The notes under the pieces: generated by a model | What the model was told of the DNA's origin: nothing | Databases searched by the model: none | What the model saw: only the letters and a program-made list of their open reading frames with translations | Program-made: the position numbers and the translations under genes | Source: an uncultured Verrucomicrobiota bacterium | Lineage (GTDB): Bacteria > Verrucomicrobiota > Verrucomicrobiia > CAZIPW01 | Reading direction: 5' to 3' | NCBI GenBank assembly: GCA_964541675.1 | Contig: CAZIPW010000001.1 | Span: 67,493 to 131,492, forward strand | Length of the DNA: 64,000 nucleotides | In this document: positions 28,167-36,579 of the stretch, piece by piece | How positions within the stretch are numbered: position 1 is the first letter of the stretch | Layout of the letters: each line of letters begins with the position of its first letter

Positions 28167-28272
28167 AATGAAAATATCCACTTCCCCTGCTTGAGCGGCG
28201 GGCACGCTTCCACCTTAGAAGATCCATATCCAAGAGCAAGAAGAAAATAAAAGACAATAAGGAGATTTCATT

Positions 28273-29298
28273 CTATGCCTTTATTTTTCCGAAGATCATG
28301 CGGCCTCCAGCGGAAGGAAGGATGGAGAGAACCTCTACCTCAACTGTTTTACCCATCTTGTCTCTTGAGTTTTCCACGACAACCATCGAACCATCACCCA
28401 GATAGCCTACAGTCTGCCCGGGCTCCTTGCCCTGTTTGACCAGTTGGACGGAGAGTATTTCACCGACAACCGTCTCTGAGCGCAGGCTCCTGACCAATGC
28501 GTTGAGATTCAGACATTCCACACTATGGAATTCCGCCAGTTTGGCGAGGTTCATATCTGTCGTAAGCAGCCGTGCCCTGAGGCTACCCGATAGAAAAATA
28601 AGTTTGTCATCCACCGACTGCCCATGCTTGATGTTGCTTTCATGGACACGGATCTCCATATGGGACATCTTCTTGAGTTCAGCCAGGCTTTCCAGTCCTT
28701 TTCTACCGCGCGTGCGTCTATTGGCGTCATCGCTGTCGGCTATCTGATGGAGTTCATCCAATACAAACTGGGGTATGACCAGGATATTGGAGAGGAACTT
28801 TGCCCCGCAGATTCCGACAATCCTGCCGTCTATGAGTGCGGATGTATCGACGACGACCAGGGAATTGTTTGCTTCCTGCGGTACAAATCTGACAAATGGA
28901 ATGATAAAGTTGAAATCGTCTTTGCCCCGGAGTGCCACCACGGCCCCCAGATACATGAAGATTGCGAACAAAGCCAGGCGAATAACATAGATGATTTCGG
29001 GGTTTCCCATCTTGTCGCCGAGCTCCAGGATGGGGGAGATGGAAATAATTTTGGCGGCCAGCCAGCCGATAAAGATGCCCAATGTCAGGCTGGTAAACCC
29101 CCGCAGCGAGAAGCCCCGCAGAAATATATCCACGACGATGACAAGACACGCGATGGATCCGGCTATGTATACGCCGTGTGCAGTACTGATATGCCACTCC
29201 GGAGTAAACAGGCATATCAGATAACCGCTCAGAGTGGCCAATACGAAAAATACGACACGGATGATGAGAAGGTTCCAATTCATGCCTTGAACCATCAT
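28273..29298 (-). CDS. PIN/TRAM-domain membrane protein (YacL-like)
   Basis: N-terminal TM helices; a PIN domain (VVDTSALIDGRI...IPQFVLDELHQIADS); a C-terminal TRAM-like beta barrel (GQTVGYLGDGSMVVVENS...GKTVEVEVLSI). Confidence 0.7.
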   Translation of the reverse strand: MMVQGMNWNLLIIRVVFFVLATLSGYLICLFTPEWHISTAHGVYIAGSIACLVIVVDIFLRGFSLRGFTSLTLGIFIGWLAAKIISISPILELGDKMGNPEIIYVIRLALFAIFMYLGAVVALRGKDDFNFIIPFVRFVPQEANNSLVVVDTSALIDGRIVGICGAKFLSNILVIPQFVLDELHQIADSDDANRRTRGRKGLESLAELKKMSHMEIRVHESNIKHGQSVDDKLIFLSGSLRARLLTTDMNLAKLAEFHSVECLNLNALVRSLRSETVVGEILSVQLVKQGKEPGQTVGYLGDGSMVVVENSRDKMGKTVEVEVLSILPSAGGRMIFGKIKA

Positions 29299-29438
29299 AT
29301 GACAAAGTTTATCCCGTGCAAGGCAGATGTTTCATTAGGCGGGTCGTTGAACCTATGCCCCTAATCATTGGAGTACCAGTCTCCGGGGCACAAAATTGGG
29401 GGATGACATCCGGCGGATATTCCCCCATGATGGAGAAT

Positions 29439-30017
29439 ATGAGTACGTTGCCAAACAGAGAAAACCAACAAATGCTCCCTTTTGCGAACTGCCCTGTTCC
29501 GGTATATCTGGTTCCCCGTGAGCTGGATTTGCAAAGCGCCTGCGCGGCCCTTGCCAGGGAGTCCATCATTGGTTTTGACACGGAAACAAGGCCGGCTTTC
29601 CGACCAGGCGAGCGATATACTCCCGCACTGATGCAACTGGCCTCAAGCAGTGCGATATACCTTGTCCAATTGCATGTGATTAGAAAGCTCAAAGTGCTGC
29701 AGGATCTGCTGTTGCTTCCGGCTTTGAAAGTGGGGGTGGGCATTCATGAAGATTTGCGCAGGCTTATCCCGCATTTCAATTTGAAGGCCGGCAGTAAATG
29801 CACCCAATTTATCGACCTGACGTTGCTGGCCAGGTCGAAGGGGGTGACGTCCGGAAGCCTCCGTGGATTAACGGAAGAACTTTTGGGCAGGAGGCTTTCG
29901 AAATCCGCGCAGCTGACCAACTGGGCCAGACCCGATTTGACGTATGCCCAGCTGAGGTACGCGGCGCTCGATGCCTGGGTGAGCAGGGAGGTCTTCTTGA
30001 AACTGGAGAAACGGTAG
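29439..30017 (+). CDS. 3'-5' exonuclease domain protein (RNase D/DnaQ-like fold)
   Basis: IIGFDTETRPAF...ALMQLASSSAIYLVQLH, plus a later acidic motif (YAALDAWV). The track ORF starts at 29316. The start used here (29439, MSTLP...) is a guess; 29472 is equally possible. Confidence 0.55.
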   Translation: MSTLPNRENQQMLPFANCPVPVYLVPRELDLQSACAALARESIIGFDTETRPAFRPGERYTPALMQLASSSAIYLVQLHVIRKLKVLQDLLLLPALKVGVGIHEDLRRLIPHFNLKAGSKCTQFIDLTLLARSKGVTSGSLRGLTEELLGRRLSKSAQLTNWARPDLTYAQLRYAALDAWVSREVFLKLEKR

Positions 30018-30025
30018 CGGGCCGA

Positions 30026-30772
30026 CTATCTCCACTCTGCGGTGATGCCTTGTTTGGTCAGCTCCTGGATGATGGCACTCTGCTCGTCCCGCGTGGGACT
30101 CTTTTTTAAGGCTGGATTGTTGACATTCTCTGAGCTTCTGAATGCCTGGAGATAATACTTCTCCGTGCTCCTGATGTATGAGCCTATTAGCCTGGGATTG
30201 ATGGGCAGTTCCGGTACGACGGTGGTGCGCCATTCATAGGAAATGCCGCTGTGGCGGATGAGATCCATGGATCGTTTGATGTCTTGGGTCCTGACATCGG
30301 ATGCTGTGACTGTGGCGTAGTGAGCCCACTCGGACTTGAGATCCATCGCTATGTAGTCTGCCAATTTGTCGTGCAGGATTCCCTCCAACCGATCGGGGAA
30401 AACACCATTGGTGTCGAGCTTGATAGCGAACCCAAGCTGACGCAGCCGACGCAGGAAATCGGGAAGATCCGACTGGAGGGTAGGCTCGCCGCCACTGACG
30501 ACAACGCCATCAAGCTGCTTTTTTCTGGACTCCAAATATTGCCATATCTCCGCCTCGGGAATCGTTTTCTCAAACAACTCGGGCTTTACTAGTGATGGAT
30601 TATGGCAGAACTGGCACCTCCACGGACAGCCCTGGGTAAAGATCACGGCGGCGATCCTCCCCGGGAAGTCGATAAAACTGACCTTTTGTAAACCGCCTAT
30701 TTTCATTTGTGGTAGACTGCCTTGGTAACCGGATGGGATCCTCATTATCCACTCAACATTGGTACACACCAA
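30026..30772 (-). CDS. nrdG: anaerobic ribonucleoside-triphosphate reductase activating protein (radical SAM)
   Basis: KVSFIDFPGRIAAVIFTQGCPWRCQFCHNP (a CxxxCxxC-type cluster) immediately downstream of nrdD. The likely start is internal, MKIGGLQ at ~30706. Confidence 0.75.
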   Translation of the reverse strand: MVCTNVEWIMRIPSGYQGSLPQMKIGGLQKVSFIDFPGRIAAVIFTQGCPWRCQFCHNPSLVKPELFEKTIPEAEIWQYLESRKKQLDGVVVSGGEPTLQSDLPDFLRRLRQLGFAIKLDTNGVFPDRLEGILHDKLADYIAMDLKSEWAHYATVTASDVRTQDIKRSMDLIRHSGISYEWRTTVVPELPINPRLIGSYIRSTEKYYLQAFRSSENVNNPALKKSPTRDEQSAIIQELTKQGITAEWR

Positions 30773-30861
30773 AGAGGGTATGGGGGCACTGCCCCCAATA
30801 TGTTTCCCTCCCTGTGGGAGGGGCAGGGGTGGGTGTTGTATGAATGCTGAGTCAAGTTTGT

Positions 30862-33060
30862 TTACGCCTCGGCCTTGAGCAGCTCGGAAGTATCCTCGTT
30901 GGAGATGCTCTCTGCCAGTTTGCCGACATCGGCGGGTCTTCTCATCGTGTACTCGGCCTGCTTGCCGTCATTCCATTGCTGGACCGGACGCAGGTAACCG
31001 ACGATGCGGGAATAAACTTCGCTTTCAGTCCCGCAATGGGGGCACTTGTGGTGCTCACCGGAGAGGTATCCGTGGTTGGAGCATACCGAAAAGGTGGGCG
31101 TCAACGAGAAGTAGGGGAGCCTGTAGCTGGTGGCGATCTTGTGGACCAGTTTTTTTACGACATCCGGATCCTTGATGCTTTCGCCCAGGAACAGGTGAAC
31201 GACCGTGCCTCCGGTGTAGCGGGTCTGCAGTTCCTCCTGATGATCCAGAATCTTGAAGATATCGTCGGTGTGAGTGACCGGCATATGGCTGGAATTGGTG
31301 TAGTAGGGATGCTTGTTGCCCGGATTGGCGCAGACAATGGAATCACCGAAAGTCGTGCGGTCCTTGCGGGCAAGACGATAGGAGGTTCCTTCGGCGGGGG
31401 TGGCTTCCAGATTGTAGTGGTTGCCCGTCTCAGTCTGATATTTGACAAGGCGCTCTCTCATAAAATCCAGCGTCTTGCGCGCGAACTCATGTCCCTTGGG
31501 GTCGCAGATATCCACATTTAACAGGTTCAGACAGGCCTCGTTCATTCCCAACAGTCCGATGGTGGAAAAGTGATTCTTCCAGTATTGGCCGGTCTTCTCT
31601 TTCATGTCCTTCAGGTAATAGATGGTGTACGGATACAGGCCAGCGGCAGTCAGCTTCTCCAGGAATTTTCTCTTCATTTCAAGGCTGGTGGCGGCCAGAT
31701 CCATGACCTTGGCGAGCTTCTCGCAGAAGTCGATCTCATCCTTGGACTCTTTGGCGAGCCTGGGCAGATTGATGGTGACAACCCCGATCGATCCGGTGAG
31801 CGGGTGCGCGCCGAAGAGGGCTCCGCCGCGGCGTTCCAGCTTGGTATTGTCTATACGCAGGCGGCAGCACATACTACGGGCATCCGCGGGATCCATGTCG
31901 GAATTGATGTAATTGCTGAAGTAGGGAATGCCGTACTTGCCAGTCATCTCCCACAGTCCCTTCAGGTTCGGATTATTCCAGTCAAAGTCCTTGGTCAGAT
32001 TGACGGTTGGAATCGGGAAGGTAAAGACCCGTCCGGAGGCGTCTCCCTCGGTGATAACTTCAAAGAAGACCTTGTTGAACAGATCCATCTCCTTCTGGAA
32101 CTCTCCGTAGGTCTCTTTTTGCGGTTTGCCGCCGACAATGACGTGCGTGTTCTGGTAGTGCTTGGGGCACTCCAAATCAAGCGTGACGTTGGTGAACGGG
32201 GTCTGGAACCCGACGCGTGTCGGCACATTCATGTTGAACATGAATGACTGCATACACTGTTTGAGGGTCTTGTAGTCCAGATTGTCGTAGCGGATGAAAG
32301 GAGCCAGAAGTGTGTCGAAGTTGGAGAAGGCCTGGGCACCGGCTGCCTCGCCCTGCAAGGTGTAGAAGAAGTTGACGACGTGCCCGAAAGCAGTGCGCAG
32401 ATGGGAGGCGGGCTTGGTCTCAATCTTCCCGGGTACTCCGCGGAAGCCCCTCATCAGCAGGTCTTCGAGGCTCCAGCCGACGCAGTAAACGGAAAGCAGC
32501 TGCAGATCGTGGATGTGGAAGGAACCCCTTTCGTGGGCGTCCTTGATCTCGGGCGTGTAAATCTTGTTTAGCCAGTAGCTTTGGCTGATGGAGGAGGCCA
32601 TGTAGTTGTTGAGTCCCTGGAGCGAGAAGGCCATGTTGGCGTTCTCTTTTACCTGCCAGTCGAGCTTGCTGATATACTCCTCTATGCGCTGGATGTCGGC
32701 GTTCTCCTGGATCTCACGCAGTCTGGCATGCTGGTCGCGGTAAACAATAAAAGCCTTGGCGGTCTTTTTGTAGGAGCTGGCCAGAAGCACCTCTTCAATC
32801 ACGTCCTGGAGCTGTTCGACGGAAGGAGCGGGGCTGTCGACAAGGGTGAGAGCCATATGGATGGCCTTGGCTGTCAGGCGAATGGCGATCTCCTCGTTGT
32901 ACTCTCCGGTGGCCTCTCCGGCTTTCTGGATGGCGCTCTTGATGCGTTTGGCGTCAAATGGGACCAGTCTGCCATCGCGTTTTCTGATCAAAGTAAAAAG
33001 TCCGGTTTGGGACGCGACGAAGGCCTGCAGGTCCGAGGTGGGGGATGAAGCTTCTATCAT
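30862..33060 (-). CDS. nrdD: anaerobic ribonucleoside-triphosphate reductase (class III, glycyl radical)
   Basis: N-terminal ATP-cone (LIRKRDGRLVPFDAKRIKSAI); C-terminal Zn ribbon CPHCG; glycyl-radical motif RIVGYLRP; 732 aa. Confidence 0.9.
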   Translation of the reverse strand: MIEASSPTSDLQAFVASQTGLFTLIRKRDGRLVPFDAKRIKSAIQKAGEATGEYNEEIAIRLTAKAIHMALTLVDSPAPSVEQLQDVIEEVLLASSYKKTAKAFIVYRDQHARLREIQENADIQRIEEYISKLDWQVKENANMAFSLQGLNNYMASSISQSYWLNKIYTPEIKDAHERGSFHIHDLQLLSVYCVGWSLEDLLMRGFRGVPGKIETKPASHLRTAFGHVVNFFYTLQGEAAGAQAFSNFDTLLAPFIRYDNLDYKTLKQCMQSFMFNMNVPTRVGFQTPFTNVTLDLECPKHYQNTHVIVGGKPQKETYGEFQKEMDLFNKVFFEVITEGDASGRVFTFPIPTVNLTKDFDWNNPNLKGLWEMTGKYGIPYFSNYINSDMDPADARSMCCRLRIDNTKLERRGGALFGAHPLTGSIGVVTINLPRLAKESKDEIDFCEKLAKVMDLAATSLEMKRKFLEKLTAAGLYPYTIYYLKDMKEKTGQYWKNHFSTIGLLGMNEACLNLLNVDICDPKGHEFARKTLDFMRERLVKYQTETGNHYNLEATPAEGTSYRLARKDRTTFGDSIVCANPGNKHPYYTNSSHMPVTHTDDIFKILDHQEELQTRYTGGTVVHLFLGESIKDPDVVKKLVHKIATSYRLPYFSLTPTFSVCSNHGYLSGEHHKCPHCGTESEVYSRIVGYLRPVQQWNDGKQAEYTMRRPADVGKLAESISNEDTSELLKAEA

Positions 33061-33407
33061 TTTCGAAAGGTTTTTGAGGGTTTCTGAGGTTTTTTTACCG
33101 ACTGGGCCTTTTATTTACATTTTACTATAGGTTGTGTGTCTAAACTTTCGAAACCACATTCGGTAGGGGCTTTTATGATCCAAAAGCACGCGGGAGAAAA
33201 GACAATTTTGTCTTTCGGTCTATGGTTTTAGTGATGCTTAAGAGTGGTATAAGAGGACTTTCTAGAGCGTGTTTTTTTAAAAAAATTCCTGGAAAACCAC
33301 AGGGAGCTTTCATTCAGGGCTCTGTGGTCGCAAACCACTGCCTCTTAATTTGTAATTTTACCTTACAGCCGGATGGGGTTGCCAAAAAATATTTTTATCT
33401 CAAGAAA

Positions 33408-34478
33408 CTACGCGGAGCGCGCGCGTCCCTCCTCCACCTGCCAGATTTTCCATTTTCCGGATTCCGAAGTGGGCATGATCGTGCCGCTCGCAAAGACCTG
33501 CAGATTTCCCACGGAGGCCCAAAACGCCTTCTGGCGGGCGGGATCGAGCTCCAAAAGCAGATCGTCGCACACAAGAACCGGCGCAATCCGCAGTTTCTCG
33601 TACAAAAGCTGCAATCCCGCCAGTTTGATGGCCAGGACCAGCGAGAACTTCTGCCCTTCGGAGGCGTAGAGCTCTGCAGACAGCCCGTTGAGCGTGATCA
33701 GAAGATTGTCCCGATGCGGGCCTTTCGAGGTATGCCCCAACGCGCGGTCTTTCCCCTCGCGCAACTCCAGCCATAGTTTTTCCAGCTCCTCGGCGAGGGC
33801 ATTGGGCGCGTAGATGAGCCCGGGGATCTCTTTGGCGGGGGCAAAGGATGCGAAGGCCTTTGAGAATTTATCCATGAGCAGCTCAACGGCCCGCTGCCTG
33901 CTTTTGATGATGCGGCGCGCGGTCGCGGCCATGACGCTCTCAAAGGCCTCGAATTCCTTCGGGGAAGGGAAGGGCTCTGCCTGCAGAAGCTGATTGCGGC
34001 TTCGGACAGCCTTCTCATATTCAAAAAGGCACCCCCGGTAGGCCGGATCCATCTGCGCGATAAGCCGGTCGATCTCCTCACGACGCGACTCCGGTCCGCC
34101 GTAGATAAGCGCGCGGTCGGCAAGAGTCAGCGCCACCACGGGAAAGACGCCGGAGAGCTCCCCGACTGTTTTGATCGGCTCATTGTCGAGGGTGGCGCGT
34201 CTTGACGAGGGGGTGATGGCCACGCCCAGGACAGTCTCCCCGCGTTTCTCATGTTGCCAATGACTGCGAATGACGGCTTCGGGGCGGCCTTCCATGACGA
34301 GAGCCTCGCGCTTTTTGGTGCGGAAGGAATCGAGCGTGCCGGCATAGGCGAGAGCCTCCAGTATGTTTGTTTTTCCCTGGCCGTTACCACCCAGGAAGAA
34401 ATGCCTGTCGCCCTCAAAATCAAGCCGCGCGCTGGCGATGTTTCTAAAAGAGTCCAACTCGAGGCGGGTCAGGCGCAT
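33408..34478 (-). CDS. recF: DNA replication and repair protein RecF
   Basis: MRLTRLELDSFRNIASARLDFEGDRHFFLGGNGQGKTNILEAL (Walker A), plus the C-terminal signature and Walker B motifs. Confidence 0.85.
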   Translation of the reverse strand: MRLTRLELDSFRNIASARLDFEGDRHFFLGGNGQGKTNILEALAYAGTLDSFRTKKREALVMEGRPEAVIRSHWQHEKRGETVLGVAITPSSRRATLDNEPIKTVGELSGVFPVVALTLADRALIYGGPESRREEIDRLIAQMDPAYRGCLFEYEKAVRSRNQLLQAEPFPSPKEFEAFESVMAATARRIIKSRQRAVELLMDKFSKAFASFAPAKEIPGLIYAPNALAEELEKLWLELREGKDRALGHTSKGPHRDNLLITLNGLSAELYASEGQKFSLVLAIKLAGLQLLYEKLRIAPVLVCDDLLLELDPARQKAFWASVGNLQVFASGTIMPTSESGKWKIWQVEEGRARSA

Positions 34479-34542
34479 CTGTCTATCCTATGGGATTGAT
34501 GGGATATTGTCGATTCAACTGTCAAAGAGCGGTTACCCAAAA

Positions 34543-34572
34543 ATCACTGCAGAATCACTGCTCCACAGTGAT
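34543..34572. promoter_or_regulatory. tripartite TCACTG/CAGTGA repeat element (site C), 65-95 bp upstream of the recF start
   Basis: ATCACTG-caga-ATCACTG-ctcca-CAGTGAT; hexamer cores at 34544, 34555 and 34566. Confidence 0.45.
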
Positions 34573-34584
34573 TTTTCCTTAGGG

Positions 34585-34770
34585 CTGGGTGCGTACGCCA
34601 CGGGTTGAAACCCGAGACTCGATCGGGGCTAGAGTACTTCCATAAATTATGTGGTCCGTGATTCCACGCGCCCCCCGTAAAGAGCACCCTCCTTCGCCGA
34701 GGCTTCGGAGGGCAGGCCTCCACCGGGGGCTATACAAGGCAACCCACAAGGGGTTGGGCTGATTGGAAAT
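34585..34770. ncRNA. GC-rich, stem-loop-dense intergenic segment; candidate structured RNA of unknown class
   Basis: There is no convincing ORF here. Local hairpins include ccctcc...ggaggg, ggagg-cagg-cctcc and cggg-ttgaaa-cccg. It does not match the tmRNA, SRP RNA or RNase P conserved regions I can recall. Confidence 0.15.
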
Positions 34771-34941
34771 AACATATGTTTTATGTAAGTGTTCTAACGC
34801 GAGGACACTTTGCGCTTTGGTATAATCAATGGGCTCCGGGATATGCCAGGATACTTTTGGTGGGCCCTTGTTTCCCCAAACAAAACAGCCTGCCGCAACT
34901 GGATGGTTGTGCATGGCGGCATTATACCACTTCCCTTGGTA

Positions 34942-34972
34942 CCCTCTCTTTTACTAGCCCATCTCCTTGTTT
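34942..34972. repeat. ~30-nt remnant of the 3' end, plus downstream flank, of a LivK-like binding-protein gene
   Basis: ccctctcttttactagcccatctccttgtt matches cccctcttttaccagcccatctccttgtt (35482-35510), which is the stop region of the first array gene. The element is otherwise isolated. Confidence 0.5.
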
Positions 34973-34986
34973 TTATCCGAGATTAA

Positions 34987-35265
34987 TCAGTCACCTCCAG
35001 CCCGTTTTAAGGCCTCGGCGGCTTCCTCGGGCTTACCCATTCGCTTCGCGCAGGTCGCAAGGGACAGCCACACTCGCCGCGGGGGAGAAGGCTCGCGCCT
35101 AACAATCTCCCGATATACCCCATAAGCCTCTTCTGGCTCATTATTCCTCAAAAGTTCCTCGGCCTTAGCTATCAAGTAGGAAATGCACTCTTGACGAGAC
35201 ATTTTTGCGGTAATGTGCGAATTGAAGCTATAGTCTTCAGCTCCGTCAGAAAATAAATCTTTCAT
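34987..35265 (-). CDS. small TPR-like hypothetical protein
   Basis: 92-aa ORF with one or two TPR-like helix pairs (EEAYGVYREIV...LSLATCAKRMGKPEEAAEALKRA). Weakly supported. Confidence 0.3.
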   Translation of the reverse strand: MKDLFSDGAEDYSFNSHITAKMSRQECISYLIAKAEELLRNNEPEEAYGVYREIVRREPSPPRRVWLSLATCAKRMGKPEEAAEALKRAGGD

Positions 35266-35489
35266 TGCGCCTTGTTCCAGTTTGCATCTGGTGGATACGC
35301 TGTCAAGATCCCTTCGCCAAAGGGCTGGACGGTGACTCTAGTGGGTACGCCTTGTATCACTCCAACGAGGTTCACTACAGACATAGGTGCCGGGTCCTTG
35401 AGGGACGCGTATTCTTTGTACGTGGTCGGCGTGTTGGCGATGGGCCATGTACCCTAGATTATGTCGGCGTCAGACCACTATCCCCTCTT

Positions 35490-36575
35490 TTACCAGCCCA
35501 TCTCCTTGTTGAGGTCGGCGAAATCGGGCGAGGGTATCGCTCTGCCGTGATCGTATTTTAGAATTTTAAAGGCCATGCGGAAGTTCCGGCTGGGGCCGGG
35601 ATAGATCATGCCCGATGCCCCGCGCCAAGGACTAAGCCCAGTCATTGCTTTTATCAATTCATCAGAGCCGGGTGCCTTGTCGGGAAACTTCTCGAATCCT
35701 TTTATGATTGTCTGCATCTGGTCGTAACCGTAACTGGCATAGAAAGGCGGCTCATGTTTGTATTTTGCCCTGTAGGCTGTGTTAAATGCTTCATCTGGAT
35801 TGCTGTCGCTAATGTAGGATATTCCCTCGGCGATCTTTGGCTCAGGCAAGGCCTCGAAGTACCCTGTTATTCTACAAGTCAATCCCATCTCTTTTGACTG
35901 GCGTAGGATGATCTCCGTTTCCGGCTGGTTCCCCCACACCAATAAAATGTCGGGCTTTGCCTCTTTGACTCTTATGAGCATGGTTCTGAAGTCTTGTACG
36001 GGTACATTATATGTCTCGTGGTAGACGATTGTGAGCGTTTTATCATTTTTTAGGGGCGCGAGGAAATCGGGGACGGCGTAATTGTAGTCTGCCGAGTTCT
36101 CTTGCAGGATTGCAATGCGGCACGCGCTCCACCTCTTGATCATCTTGTATTGGATGGCCGCATAGTCGTCGCAGAAAGGCGCGAGATTGATGGTGTAGTG
36201 ATATTTTTGAGTCCAGTAAAGGTCCCATTCACCGGCCATATGAAGGATCTTTTTTCCTTCCGAGATCGGACAGACCGCCATTGCCGTGGGGCCCCAGATG
36301 CTGCAAATGACATTGACCTTGTCGACATTTGCAAACTTTTGGGCAACAAGAGAAGCCCTTCCAGGCTTGTACTCTGAATCCTCGAAGATCAGCTTGTACT
36401 GATGATGCGTGGGCCCGCATTCGGCCAATGCGTATTGCATACCCTCCCTCATACCTTCTCCAAGAAAGGCGTTCTCTCCGGAGAATGGCAGCACAGCACC
36501 GATCTTAATGACGTCGGCCTGGGCTACGCCCCAAAGCGCGGCGGCCAGCATAAGTGTAAGAAATGTATGCTTCAT
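35490..36575 (-). CDS. LivK-like periplasmic solute-binding protein (Peripla_BP_6 family), array copy 1
   Basis: Signal peptide, then ADVIKIGAVLPFSGENAFLGEGMREG. The pattern aligns with E. coli LivJ (IKVAVVGAMSGP...G...G...AI...N). C-terminus ...FADLNKEMGW. The track ORF extends to 36638. Confidence 0.6.
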   Translation of the reverse strand: MKHTFLTLMLAAALWGVAQADVIKIGAVLPFSGENAFLGEGMREGMQYALAECGPTHHQYKLIFEDSEYKPGRASLVAQKFANVDKVNVICSIWGPTAMAVCPISEGKKILHMAGEWDLYWTQKYHYTINLAPFCDDYAAIQYKMIKRWSACRIAILQENSADYNYAVPDFLAPLKNDKTLTIVYHETYNVPVQDFRTMLIRVKEAKPDILLVWGNQPETEIILRQSKEMGLTCRITGYFEALPEPKIAEGISYISDSNPDEAFNTAYRAKYKHEPPFYASYGYDQMQTIIKGFEKFPDKAPGSDELIKAMTGLSPWRGASGMIYPGPSRNFRMAFKILKYDHGRAIPSPDFADLNKEMGW

Positions 36576-36579
36576 AAAA

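Noticed and set aside
33061-33407. NrdR box in the promoter region of nrdD
   Set aside because: I looked for the 16-bp acaCwAtATaTwGtgt-type palindrome and found no convincing match. Only loose half-matches are present.
33222-33776. 184-aa plus-strand ORF overlapping the 3' end of recF; also 33400..33774 and 33698..34123 on the minus strand
   Set aside because: All overlap recF in other frames and lack motifs. The recF Walker A frame is unambiguous.
34585-34770. Identification of the structured intergenic segment as tmRNA, SRP (4.5S) RNA, 6S RNA or RNase P RNA
   Set aside because: The conserved blocks I can recall are absent: the tmRNA 5'/3' ends with a CCA-proximal T-arm, the SRP domain IV GGAA/AGCAGC motif, and RNase P CR-I to CR-V. 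It is kept only as a generic structured candidate.
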